Below, one piece after another: positions 18,683-30,199 of a stretch of DNA of 64,000 bases (positions within the stretch are counted from its first letter, which is position 1; each line of letters opens with the position of its first letter). The stretch is from an uncultured Thermoleophilia bacterium. GTDB taxonomy: Bacteria; Actinomycetota; Thermoleophilia; Solirubrobacterales; CAVPYU01. The translations under genes were made by a program, and so were the position numbers. The DNA lies in the NCBI GenBank assembly GCA_963710065.1, contig CAVPYU010000001.1:84705-148704 (forward strand). Reading direction: 5' to 3'. The notes below the pieces were generated by a model. It worked only from the letters and a program-made list of their open reading frames with translations, was not told the DNA's origin and searched no databases.

Positions 18683-19453
18683 ATGTCAAAGAAATCTCAA
18701 TACACAAAAGAGGACTGCTTGAAGTCCCTACGCTCGGCCGCAAAGGATCTGGGATACTCACCGGATGTCAAATCCTATATCGGTAACGGATTTGCACCAT
18801 GTTACTCCACCATTCTCCATCGCTTCGGTAGCTGGAAGACGGCACTTGCAGAAGCAGGCTTGGGCCCTCCTCCAAGCACGAATGTGATAGCTGCAAAAGC
18901 CAGGCGCATGGAAAAGACCGGGCAAGCAAGACGTCTTCTGCGACAACAGGCTATCGAAATCATGAGGGGTGAGATGGCGTCTGGTCTTACACCTGAGGAG
19001 ATTGCCGATCGTGCAGGGACAACGCCCGCCAAGCTAAGAAGAGCGTTTTCCGCTGACAACGGCTCAACACCAGGGGCCGAGCTTGCCGCGATGAAGGTCG
19101 AGAGGGCAGCAACACTTCTTCGAACTCAAGATCTGAGCGTTTCTGATGTTGCAGAGAAGGTCGGCTACAGCTACAACGGCCTAATACGCGTATTTACGAA
19201 ACTGAGAAACGAATCACCGTCTCAATACCAGCGTCGACTTCGCATGGAACACGCTGCGAAACTCCTGGTTGAGCAGCCACATCTTACCGCTAAGGAGATT
19301 GCGCGAATAACCGGCCCGGTCGACGGACACGATTTCAACAAGGTGTTCCGTCGCTTCTACGGCATGTCGCCGCTCAGTTACCGCAAGATGATGCTCGCAG
19401 AACGCGGCGCTGAGATCAGTGCGCATAAAGAGCGGCAACAAATAACCGCGTAA
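18683..19453 (+). CDS. AraC-type HTH regulator with N-terminal homing-endonuclease-associated repeat
   Basis: YTKEDCL..L...AKDLGYSP...RFGSW..AL..AGL followed by AraC HTH segments (VAEKVGYS, F.KVFRRFYGMSP..YR). Confidence 0.7.
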   Translation: MSKKSQYTKEDCLKSLRSAAKDLGYSPDVKSYIGNGFAPCYSTILHRFGSWKTALAEAGLGPPPSTNVIAAKARRMEKTGQARRLLRQQAIEIMRGEMASGLTPEEIADRAGTTPAKLRRAFSADNGSTPGAELAAMKVERAATLLRTQDLSVSDVAEKVGYSYNGLIRVFTKLRNESPSQYQRRLRMEHAAKLLVEQPHLTAKEIARITGPVDGHDFNKVFRRFYGMSPLSYRKMMLAERGAEISAHKERQQITA

Positions 19454-19481
19454 ACGGCTTTTTGCCAGCTCTACAGAACCG

Positions 19482-20741
19482 CTATCGTAACAGCGCGCCG
19501 GTTGTCTGCTCGAGAATGCGGCGCCAGGCGCTGACTCTCTCTGCCTCTTCCTCCACGTCCTTTAGTACCTTGTTGACGCGTTTGGCCTCGATATCAATGC
19601 CGTGATTTCCGCATATCTGCTTATAACGCCGGTACTGCTTCGAAAGCTTCAAGGTGACCGACTCAAATCCGTGCCTTGCGATCTCCAGGCGCGCGGAGAA
19701 GTTCATAATGCTGGTTCCAAACATCATCTCATCGTCCGGTTCCGGTTCGATCAGGATTATGTCTACTCCAGGATATCGGTCCACCCACTCCTCCGAAAGT
19801 TCATGAAGCCTCGAGTAGCCGAGCATCTTGAACGTCTGAAAGCCGACCTGGGCAAGGCCCATGTCCGAGATGCGGCGCACCTTGCTACCAAACATCGTCG
19901 GTATGCGCTTCTTGAAGTCATTCACGTACGGAACCAGTGGGTTGACGACAACGATGAACTTGGCTCCTGCCTTAACGGCGATATCGATGTTGGTAGTCGA
20001 CCTTATACCGCCGTCGATCATCTCCCTGCCCTTGATCTTCACAGGCTTGTAGACCACCGGCAGCGCGGACGAAGCGGCAACTGCCTTGGATATGGGTACA
20101 TCGTCCCACTCCTGTTCTCCAAGGACAATCCTCTCACAGGTGTCGAGATCAGTTGCTGCCAGATATAGATCCCGCTCCAAGAGGCGGAAGTCGTTCACTC
20201 GATCGGGGTCGGAGAACACTTCCTTTAAATAAGTATGTACGCCGCTTCCGCTGTAAATGCCCGGTGGCATCCCTTCGGCAAAGCCAGTTGCCAGATCCAT
20301 CCACGACACCTGCCCTCGGTTGCGCGCAAAGTTGATCGCCATTTCAACTGTCCGAATCGGCAGTTGCAAGGCCCTTGTGACAAAGTCCCTGTAGTTTGGA
20401 CGTAGCAGCGTACCCAGGTCAACCGTGCGAAAAGCAACGGGCGTTTGCTTATCCAGAACCCGCATCATCTCCTCGGGAGCGATACCGTTCGCGGCAAGGC
20501 TGGCCACGAACGCACCCGCGCTGGTTCCAACATATATATCGAACTCGTTGACCGTGTGGTTTACCGAAAGAAGATCAAGGGCACGTAGGGCGCCGATCTC
20601 ATAGACCGCGCCAGTAAATCCCCCGCCGCCGAGCACAAGCGCGGTTTTTGAACGGGTACCATTGGATGCAACCTTCTGTTTCTTCGAACCCGGTCTCGCT
20701 TTTTTCTTGACCGAGGTATCGAGCTTGACTACCTTGCCCAT
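19482..20741 (-). CDS. Patatin-like phospholipase
   Basis: LGGGG, GTSAG, DGG motifs. Confidence 0.9.
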   Translation of the reverse strand: MGKVVKLDTSVKKKARPGSKKQKVASNGTRSKTALVLGGGGFTGAVYEIGALRALDLLSVNHTVNEFDIYVGTSAGAFVASLAANGIAPEEMMRVLDKQTPVAFRTVDLGTLLRPNYRDFVTRALQLPIRTVEMAINFARNRGQVSWMDLATGFAEGMPPGIYSGSGVHTYLKEVFSDPDRVNDFRLLERDLYLAATDLDTCERIVLGEQEWDDVPISKAVAASSALPVVYKPVKIKGREMIDGGIRSTTNIDIAVKAGAKFIVVVNPLVPYVNDFKKRIPTMFGSKVRRISDMGLAQVGFQTFKMLGYSRLHELSEEWVDRYPGVDIILIEPEPDDEMMFGTSIMNFSARLEIARHGFESVTLKLSKQYRRYKQICGNHGIDIEAKRVNKVLKDVEEEAERVSAWRRILEQTTGALLR

Positions 20742-20932
20742 TTACCAACCAGCTTATATCAGCTTGTGCGGAAGAACACGTAGGTCGTTTCCGCAATTTC
20801 CATAGATACCCTAATAGTAACAATGGACACAATAACCGAGCTACAGAGCGCTTCTTCGCCCTCTCGCAAGGGTTAAACAAGGCATGGTCGTTTATGTTCC
20901 GCATGACACGTCGCTACGCTCAAGGAATTGAA

Positions 20933-22168
20933 ATGAACATACGTCTGATAGGGGCCGTATCGGTGTTGTTACTTACGCTGTCGATACCCCCTGCTGCACA
21001 GGCGGCCAACGGCAGGATCGGTGGAAAGCTGGGGAGTCTCATGTCAAGTGCGGGCAGGGTTAGCGGCGCATGGGTCTACAACGCGACCGATAAAAAGAGC
21101 GTTTTCAAGCGGCGCGCGTCCACCAAGCGCATTCTCGCCTCGAACCAGAAGCTTTTCACAACAGCGGCAGCATTGGACCGGTGGGGAGCCGAATACAGAG
21201 TACAAACAGCTGTCTACGGAACCGGAGCTCTCGATGGCTCTACCTGGCGTGGAGATCTCTACTTAAAAGGCTTCGGCGACCCAACGCTTGCCACCGAAGG
21301 ATATGCCCGCCGCCATTCCTGGTCTGCATCAACTCGACTCACAAAGCTGTCCGAGGCTCTGTACAAACTTGGCATTCGAAAGGTCAGCGGCCGTGTCTAC
21401 GGCGATGAGAGCCACTTCGACAGCCGGCGCGGCGTGCCGTCGTCCAACTATCTCACCTCTGCCTATGTAGGGCCTTTAAGCGCACTGGCACTCAACACCG
21501 GGCACAAAGACGTGTTTGGTCGGTTTTTTCAGCGCAACCCACCCAAGTTTGCAGCCGATCGCTTCTCTGCGATACTGGGAGATCAGGGCATCAAGGCGAA
21601 ACGGACCGGATATAAGGGAGCCACACCGGCAGATGCCGAGATTCTCGCCCAGACGACCTCTCCCACACTGATGAGGCTGGTGCGTAGGACAAATCTGGTT
21701 TCGGACAACTACTTTGCCGAGATGCTGACGAAGGGACTGGGGGCCGGGTTTGGCGGAAAGGGCTCCACCGGAGCCGGTGCAGCAGAGATAAAAAGGTTTG
21801 CCGACGAGCAGGGGTTGAGCATCAGAGTCGGTGACGGATCGGGGCTATCCCGCAGAGACCGAGCCTCCCCTCAAGGTGTCGGTCAACTGCTATTGCATAT
21901 GAGAGAGAGCCCGGAATTCGATGACTTCTACCGCACACTGCCTTTAGCCGGACGGAGTGGCACCTTACGCAAGCGCATGAGGCAGGGCGCCGCACGCGGC
22001 AGACTGCGCGCAAAGACGGGGACTATCAACGGTGTAAGTTCTCTGTCCGGTTATGTCAAGACCCGCAGCGGCAAGCAACTCGTCTTTTCGATCTTGATGA
22101 ACGGAGTATCCACCTGGAAGGCAAGACAGATCCAGGATCGAATGGCAGATACGATGGCAAGGTACTAG
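20933..22168 (+). CDS. dacB: D-Ala-D-Ala carboxypeptidase/endopeptidase (peptidase S13, PBP4)
   Basis: SxxK (SNQK), SDN, KTG, GDPTL, DGSGLS; signal peptide. Confidence 0.9.
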   Translation: MNIRLIGAVSVLLLTLSIPPAAQAANGRIGGKLGSLMSSAGRVSGAWVYNATDKKSVFKRRASTKRILASNQKLFTTAAALDRWGAEYRVQTAVYGTGALDGSTWRGDLYLKGFGDPTLATEGYARRHSWSASTRLTKLSEALYKLGIRKVSGRVYGDESHFDSRRGVPSSNYLTSAYVGPLSALALNTGHKDVFGRFFQRNPPKFAADRFSAILGDQGIKAKRTGYKGATPADAEILAQTTSPTLMRLVRRTNLVSDNYFAEMLTKGLGAGFGGKGSTGAGAAEIKRFADEQGLSIRVGDGSGLSRRDRASPQGVGQLLLHMRESPEFDDFYRTLPLAGRSGTLRKRMRQGAARGRLRAKTGTINGVSSLSGYVKTRSGKQLVFSILMNGVSTWKARQIQDRMADTMARY

Positions 22169-22543
22169 ATTGCGGTTGCTTTGAAGTACGAAGTCAGACA
22201 GGCGGAACGTTCGGATGTAGCCAATTACGACCAGACTCATAACTTCTATTCAAGCCACGGATTCTTCGATCTCGGTTCATATATGCGCAATGACTTATGA
22301 AACCGAGCTCCATTCATAGGTCGTTGCGTGATTGTGTGTCTTCCGTTGACGAGACGTTTGGCACTTTTCAGTTCCTGACTCAAAACAATGGTCGAACGGG
22401 TGGCGCCGATGGGTTTGATCGCCGAGGACATACTTGCCCGGAGGCGATGGGCCCCATCGGGGACAGGACCCGTGAGGGGATAGCTTTCAGGACTCAGAGA
22501 GGCACAGTACGGACAGAAGGCGTAAGAATTAGAAATTAACCAT

Positions 22544-24580
<2,037 letters not shown>

Positions 24581-25381
24581 CTAAAGTAGGTCATCCAGCC
24601 GCCACTCGAGTAGTTTTTCCATCCCCGGTCTATCGGTAAGGTTAAAGTGAACTGGTGTAACGGATATCTTGCTCTTTGCGATCGCTGCAAAGTCCGATCC
24701 ATCCTCATGGTGATAGGTCGGATCGTCCCCATAGATGCGGTACCTGGTGCGGGCCGTACCTTCTGTCTTGTCCGTCTCTAGTTTGTCGTGATAGATGCGC
24801 TTGCCAAGTTTCGTCACCTCCGCACCTTCAATCTCCCCGTCCACACATGCCGGACAGTTGATGTTCAGAAGGGTGCCTTCTGGCAGTCCCTGTGGCCCAC
24901 GTTCCGCGATTAGCCTCGCCGTGAACTTTGACGCAACCTCGAAATCAAATTTGCTTCCAAAGCGAAAGTCAAGCTCTCGTTTTTCGGACTGTTGGGAGAT
25001 CGAGATAGCCGGCACCCCAAGAACTATCCCCTCGAGAGCAGCGGCAACTGTCCCTGAGTACGTGACGTCATCACCGAGATTGGATCCGTGGTTTATCCCT
25101 GAGACGATCAGTTCAGGCTCAAATTCAAGAAGGCCAAGAGCGGCAAAACGTACACAATCGACCGGAGTGCCGTCTGTCGCGTATCCATGAGTGCCGTCAC
25201 CAAATTCGATCTTCTCGACCCACAGCGGCTCGCGCGTGGTTATGCTGCGCGCCGAAGCGCTCCGATTTGAGTCCGGCGCGATTACGGCAAGCTCTACGTT
25301 GTCAAGTTCGAGCAGAGCCTTGCGTATCGAGTGGAGGCCTTGTGCCTGAATGCCATCGTCGTTTGTTATCAGGATTTTCAT
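24581..25381 (-). CDS. surE: 5'/3'-nucleotidase SurE
   Basis: ILITNDDG, GTPVDCV, SGIN.G.N, YSGTV. Confidence 0.95.
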   Translation of the reverse strand: MKILITNDDGIQAQGLHSIRKALLELDNVELAVIAPDSNRSASARSITTREPLWVEKIEFGDGTHGYATDGTPVDCVRFAALGLLEFEPELIVSGINHGSNLGDDVTYSGTVAAALEGIVLGVPAISISQQSEKRELDFRFGSKFDFEVASKFTARLIAERGPQGLPEGTLLNINCPACVDGEIEGAEVTKLGKRIYHDKLETDKTEGTARTRYRIYGDDPTYHHEDGSDFAAIAKSKISVTPVHFNLTDRPGMEKLLEWRLDDLL

Positions 25382-25450
25382 CGTCGCGCCAATATCAATT
25401 CTACGATCACATCGGCCGCAGGCGATACGTGTTGTATGGGCACTAAAAAA

Positions 25451-25804
25451 CTATACGAGCTCGAGGAATACCATCTCTGTGGCATCGGATTTGCGTGGGC
25501 CGACCTTGAGAATGCGACAGTAGCCGCCATCGCGGTCCTTGTATCGTACCGCTATATCGTCAAACAGCTTATGAACGGCGAACTTGTCCTGCCTGAGGGC
25601 AGAGAGAGCTTGCCGACGAGCGTGAAGATCACCGCGCTTGCTTAACGTGATCAGCTTCTCCAACTCCGGCTTCACTGCCTTAGCTTTGGCTTCTGTCGTT
25701 TCAACTCGCTCGTGATCAATCACCTGCTTACAGAGATTCGATACCAGGGCGCGTCGATGCCCTGCTGAACGTGATAGCTTGTTTCTTTTCTTACGATGTC
25801 GCAT
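25451..25804 (-). CDS. rplQ: 50S ribosomal protein L17
   Basis: MRHRK...TTEAKAK...GGY.RI. Confidence 0.97.
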   Translation of the reverse strand: MRHRKKRNKLSRSAGHRRALVSNLCKQVIDHERVETTEAKAKAVKPELEKLITLSKRGDLHARRQALSALRQDKFAVHKLFDDIAVRYKDRDGGYCRILKVGPRKSDATEMVFLELV

Positions 25805-25820
25805 TGTTAGTTCCTGGAGT

Positions 25821-26798
25821 CTATCCCTGCTTAAGACTCAGACCCCGCGCGGCCAATGTATCTTTAACCTCGTCGATCGACTTCTTACCAAAGTTAGGGA
25901 TCGCACTCAGCTCACCTTCGCTTTTCTGAATCAGCTCACCGACACTTTTAATACCCGCTCGCTTGAGGCAGTTGTATGAGCGCACTCCGAGCTCCAACTC
26001 CTCGATCAGTATCTCGTCAACACCATCAACTCCCGGAGTAGGTATGCCAGCAGCCTCGGCACCGGTCGCAGCTGCAATCGCCTGCACCTGCTCCTCCCTC
26101 AACTCTTCGACTCTTTCTGAGTCTGTGAAGATCGCCAGGTTTTGGATCAGAATCTCAGCTGCTTCACGTAGCGCTGTCTGGGGCTCCACTGAGCCGTCTG
26201 TCTCAGTGTTGATCGTCAGCTTGTCGTAGTCGGTGCGTTGACCGACTCGTGCCGTCTCGACCTTGTACGAAACCCGACGAGCCGGCGAAAACATCGCGTC
26301 GATCGGAATTACACCGATCGGACGATCGCTCTGCTTGCTCACGTCAACCGGCATGTACCCACGACCCTTTCCGATCGTTATGTACATCTCCAGCTTGGTG
26401 CGCTTCTCCAAAGTTGCAATATGGGCCTTCTTGGGTTTGAGGATCTCCACACCAGCCGGCAGGTCGATATCTGCGGCCGTCACCTCTCCCGGTCCCGTCT
26501 TGACAAGCGCAACCTCGATCTCGTCATCCTCGGTATGGAGCTTACAAATCAAGTCTTTCAAGTTGAGGATAATGTCCGTAACGTCCTCTTTGACTCCTTT
26601 GACCGTTGAGAACTCGTGTGCTACTCCCTCGATTCTCACCGATGTAACAGCAGCACCGGTCAGCATCGAAAGCAACACCCGTCTTAAGGAGTTGCCGAAT
26701 GTGTAGCCGAATCCCCTATCCAACGGCTCAATTGTAAACCTACCGGTGAACTCGTCAGACTCGTCTGACACCAGCTTGGGTATTTGGAAATCGGTCAC
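25821..26798 (-). CDS. rpoA: RNA polymerase alpha subunit
   Basis: EPLDRGFGYTFGNSLRR, HEFST, RSYNCLKR. Confidence 0.98.
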   Translation of the reverse strand: MTDFQIPKLVSDESDEFTGRFTIEPLDRGFGYTFGNSLRRVLLSMLTGAAVTSVRIEGVAHEFSTVKGVKEDVTDIILNLKDLICKLHTEDDEIEVALVKTGPGEVTAADIDLPAGVEILKPKKAHIATLEKRTKLEMYITIGKGRGYMPVDVSKQSDRPIGVIPIDAMFSPARRVSYKVETARVGQRTDYDKLTINTETDGSVEPQTALREAAEILIQNLAIFTDSERVEELREEQVQAIAAATGAEAAGIPTPGVDGVDEILIEELELGVRSYNCLKRAGIKSVGELIQKSEGELSAIPNFGKKSIDEVKDTLAARGLSLKQG

Positions 26799-26864
26799 TT
26801 TTTTGCCTCCAGTTTCGTTAAATTTTGGTTACTAGATATCTATTCACAAGCGTTCCTACAAAAA

Positions 26865-27485
26865 CTACTTCGAGTACAGCTCGATTATCAGCTGCTCGCG
26901 AACAGGTGCTGATATCTCGCTACGCGCAGGCTCACGCAATACCTTTGCGGTTAGAGAGTCGTAGTCAGCCTGCAACCAAGCAGGAACGGTCGAGGTGAGA
27001 TCGGTCGCACTTCGAACAATTGGTTCTGCCCCGGATGAGTCTTTAATCGCGATCACGTCTCCAGCTGTCAGCTGATAAGAGGGAATGTTGACTCTCCTGC
27101 CGTTCACACTGAAGTGACCGTGCCGGACCAGCTGCCGTGACTGTCTGCGGGAAGCCGCAAATCCGAGTCTGACTAAAACGTTGTCTAACCTGCACTCAAG
27201 CATTCTCAAAAGGTTCTCGCCGGTTATCCCTGCTTTACGAGAAGCCTTTTTATAGTAGTTGCGGAACTGCTTCTCTAATACCTGGTAGTAACGACGTGCT
27301 TTCTGCTTTTCTCGTAGCTGCAGCAGATACTCCGATTGCCTAATCCGGTCCCTGCCATGCTCTCCTGGCGGGTACGAGCGGCGCTCGACGCCGCACTTAT
27401 CGGAAAAACAGCGCGCACCTTTAAGAAAGAGCTTCTGTCCTTCGCGCCTGCACTGCTTGCACTGTGGGTCTGTATCCCTTGCCAT
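26865..27485 (-). CDS. rpsD: 30S ribosomal protein S4
   Basis: CKQCRREG, LREKQK, RLDN, IELYSK. Confidence 0.97.
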   Translation of the reverse strand: MARDTDPQCKQCRREGQKLFLKGARCFSDKCGVERRSYPPGEHGRDRIRQSEYLLQLREKQKARRYYQVLEKQFRNYYKKASRKAGITGENLLRMLECRLDNVLVRLGFAASRRQSRQLVRHGHFSVNGRRVNIPSYQLTAGDVIAIKDSSGAEPIVRSATDLTSTVPAWLQADYDSLTAKVLREPARSEISAPVREQLIIELYSK

Positions 27486-27500
27486 CTCAATCCTTCTTAT

Positions 27501-27899
27501 CTATACCCTGCGACGCTTTTTCTGTCTAACGCCGTTGTGTGCGTGCGGCGATTTGTCCTTCACGCCAGTTATCTCAAGACCGGCAGCCTGTAGAGATCTA
27601 ACAGCCGTCTCACGACCTGAACCAGGTCCTTTGACAAACACTTCGACTTTTTTCAGCCCTTGTTCAATACCCTTCCGTGCAGCGGCGTCTGCGGTTACTT
27701 GAGCTGCAAACGGGGTCGACTTTCGTGAGCCTTTGAACCCTGCGCTTCCGGCAGATTCCCAGGCGATCACCTTGCCCTCCCTATCGGTGAGCGTGATGAT
27801 TGTGTTGTTGAACGATGTTTTTATATGAGCCTGACCGAAAGGAATGTTTTTACGCTCCTTGCGCCGTCTTCCTTTGGTTCTTTTTTTCTCTGCCATCAT
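27501..27899 (-). CDS. rpsK: 30S ribosomal protein S11
   Basis: [27 protein letters not shown]. Confidence 0.97.
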   Translation of the reverse strand: MMAEKKRTKGRRRKERKNIPFGQAHIKTSFNNTIITLTDREGKVIAWESAGSAGFKGSRKSTPFAAQVTADAAARKGIEQGLKKVEVFVKGPGSGRETAVRSLQAAGLEITGVKDKSPHAHNGVRQKKRRRV

Positions 27900-27914
27900 A
27901 GATTCCTGACGCGA

Positions 27915-28301
27915 TTACCCTGCTGTGGGAGCTTTCTTTCGACCTGAGCCGGCCATCTTCTTTGGACCCTTGCTACTACGTGCGTTGGTTTTTGTCCTCT
28001 GACCGCGTGAGGGGAGGTTTCTCCTGTGCCTAAAGCCACGATAACTGCCTATCTCGTTTAGCCTCTGAATGTTCTGAGATCGCTCACTGCGCAGATCTCC
28101 CTCAACCTGAACTTCGCTGTCGATCGCCTCGCGCAGCTTCACTATTTCGTTGTCGGTTAGATCCTTGACATAGGTGTTTGGGTCGACATCGGTTTGCTCT
28201 AATAGCTTATTTGAAGTAGAACGACCTATGCCGTAGATATAGGTCAGGCCTATCTCAACGTGCTTGTTTAGTGGGATGTTTACCCCAGCGATGCGAGCCA
28301 A
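27915..28301 (-). CDS. rpsM: 30S ribosomal protein S13
   Basis: [20 protein letters not shown]; TTG start. Confidence 0.97.
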   Translation of the reverse strand: MARIAGVNIPLNKHVEIGLTYIYGIGRSTSNKLLEQTDVDPNTYVKDLTDNEIVKLREAIDSEVQVEGDLRSERSQNIQRLNEIGSYRGFRHRRNLPSRGQRTKTNARSSKGPKKMAGSGRKKAPTAG

Positions 28302-28304
28302 GAA

Positions 28305-28418
28305 CTATCCCTGCCTCTGTTTGTGTCGAGGATTCTTACAGATTACAAACACCTTGCCGTGGCGCCGCACAACGCGGCACTTTTCACACATGGGTTTGAC
28401 TGATGCTCTAACTTTCAC
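28305..28418 (-). CDS. rpmJ: 50S ribosomal protein L36 (Zn-binding type)
   Basis: GTG start: [14 protein letters not shown]...HKQRQG. Confidence 0.96.
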   Translation of the reverse strand: MKVRASVKPMCEKCRVVRRHGKVFVICKNPRHKQRQG

Positions 28419-28483
28419 TTGAAATCCCTTTATTTGAGAGGCGGGCGCAAGTTGCCCCTGAATCGGCAACTGGCCAGCTAAGC

Positions 28484-28647
28484 ATGATACCAAGAAAACC
28501 CAATGATTTGGGTTTTCTATGCTGAGGGGGTAGCGAACGGCACTGTTCCAATTTACCTACGAGACCCGCCTCCATAACCCAATGATTTGGGTTTTCTACG
28601 CCCCAGGCGGTAGTAAACGGCACTCTTCGAATCTAGCTACGAGACCC
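28484..28647 (-). repeat. Two-unit (80-nt period) structured dispersed repeat, copy B
   Basis: CTACGAGACCC at 28557-28567 and 28637-28647; AACCCAATGATTTGGGTTTTCTA twice; homologous to 14561-14696. Confidence 0.85.
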
Positions 28648-28689
28648 ATAGATTTCATCGGTGTTTGGCAGGGGTAAACGGTTAGGCCC

Positions 28690-29448
28690 TCACTCTTTCC
28701 CGTTCCAGGGAGTAAGAATCCGTGGGCCGTCCTCGGTGATGGCGATTGTGTGCTCGAAGTGCGCAGCCAGAGAACCATCCTCAGTGTAGATCGCCCAATT
28801 GTCGTTACCGACACGAACTGTCTGTGCTCCGGCATTTATCATCGGTTCCACAGCCAGTACATAACCCACTTCTAGCTCCGGACCCCTGTCTGGCATTCCG
28901 AAATTCGGCACCTGAGGATCCTCATGCAGGTCTTTGCCTATTCCGTGTCCTACCAGCGATCTAACAACCGAGAACTGCTCTTTCTTGACCCTCTTTTCAA
29001 CTGCATGAGATACATCGCCTAGCCGATTCCCCGAGCGACACTGTTCGACTGCCTTGTAAAGGGAATCCAAGGTTGTGTCCATCAGCTGCTTTGCGATTAC
29101 ACCGACCTGTCCAACCGGAACCGTGATCGCCGCATCTGCCATCCACCCATCAAGCTGCACGCCTACATCGACTGAAATGATGTCACCACGGCTCAGTTCG
29201 TAGGGTCCCGGGATCCCATGTACAACCGCCGAGTTAGGTGAGGTACAGATGGAGCCAGGAAAGCCTCTGTAGCCCTTGAAGGCGGGCACACCGTCATGTG
29301 AACGGATGTAGTCGTCAGCTGCAGTGTCCAGGTCGATCGTTTTTACACCTGGCTTGCACCTTTTGCGAAGCATTTGAAGACAGTCCGCGACTATCTTGCC
29401 AGCCGCAGCCATCTTCTCGATCTCTTCTGGGGTTTTCTTGACTATCAC
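28690..29448 (-). CDS. map: Methionine aminopeptidase type I
   Basis: C.S.N..VVHG, GHGIG...HE.P, EPM, HFEHT. Confidence 0.96.
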   Translation of the reverse strand: MIVKKTPEEIEKMAAAGKIVADCLQMLRKRCKPGVKTIDLDTAADDYIRSHDGVPAFKGYRGFPGSICTSPNSAVVHGIPGPYELSRGDIISVDVGVQLDGWMADAAITVPVGQVGVIAKQLMDTTLDSLYKAVEQCRSGNRLGDVSHAVEKRVKKEQFSVVRSLVGHGIGKDLHEDPQVPNFGMPDRGPELEVGYVLAVEPMINAGAQTVRVGNDNWAIYTEDGSLAAHFEHTIAITEDGPRILTPWNGKE

Positions 29449-29489
29449 TTTTTTTCTGCGATCGAGTCGGCCTGCCGGGAATATTGGCC

Positions 29490-30164
29490 TCAGACGGCTT
29501 CCTCGTAGCGAAGAGTCGCGATCAGAGCACGTATATGTGCATGCACCTCATCGGGCTCCAGCGAACCATCAACCTTCCTCAAGATCCCTTTATCCTCGTA
29601 GTACGAGATCACAGGCTGTGTCTTTTCCTTGTTCGTATCCAACCTGCGACACACCGTCTCCAGCTTGTCATCATCCCGTGTGACGAGACGACTACCGTCA
29701 AGATCGCAGCGATCCTCGTGCTTCGGCGGGTCCAGCTCGATATGGAAGGTGTGGCCGGCCTTGACACAGACACGTCTACCGGTAAGCCTGTTAATCACTT
29801 CTTTGTCCGGAACTTCGATATCTATAACCGCGGTAATAGTCCTGTCCAGTTCGTCCAACAAATCGTCCAGTGCCTCTGCCTGCTTGACTGTGCGAGGGAA
29901 TCCGTCAAGAATAAATCCGTCCGTCGATTCCGGTGCGCTCAGCTTTTGTCTTATTAACTCGATAACCAGACCGTCTGGAACTAGGTCACCTCTGTCTAAG
30001 CACTTTTTGGCCTCGATGCCAACTTCGGAGTTGTTTTTTACCTCCTTGCGCAACATGTTGCCGGTAGCGAAGTTTGACAGGTCAAAATCTTGCTGCAAAC
30101 GCTGGGCCTGAGTGCCCTTGCCCGCGCCGGGTGAGCCCATTAGTATCAGGTTCAGCTGAGACAG
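29490..30164 (-). CDS. adk: Adenylate kinase (probable CTG start at 30164)
   Basis: GSPGAGKGTQ, LDGFPR, RDDD; first beta strand LNLIL lies upstream of the first ATG (30140). Confidence 0.95.
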   Translation of the reverse strand: MSQLNLILMGSPGAGKGTQAQRLQQDFDLSNFATGNMLRKEVKNNSEVGIEAKKCLDRGDLVPDGLVIELIRQKLSAPESTDGFILDGFPRTVKQAEALDDLLDELDRTITAVIDIEVPDKEVINRLTGRRVCVKAGHTFHIELDPPKHEDRCDLDGSRLVTRDDDKLETVCRRLDTNKEKTQPVISYYEDKGILRKVDGSLEPDEVHAHIRALIATLRYEEAV

Positions 30165-30199
30165 CTTACTACCCCCCTATGTGCTGTCTGGTAACCGTG

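Noticed and set aside
22169-22543. Possible decayed gene (GPI/PPGKY-like fragment on minus strand) and inverted repeat at 22271-22307 between convergent dacB and ligA
   Set aside because: Needs frameshifts to read and the motif is too short; the hairpin is imperfect. Insufficient support.
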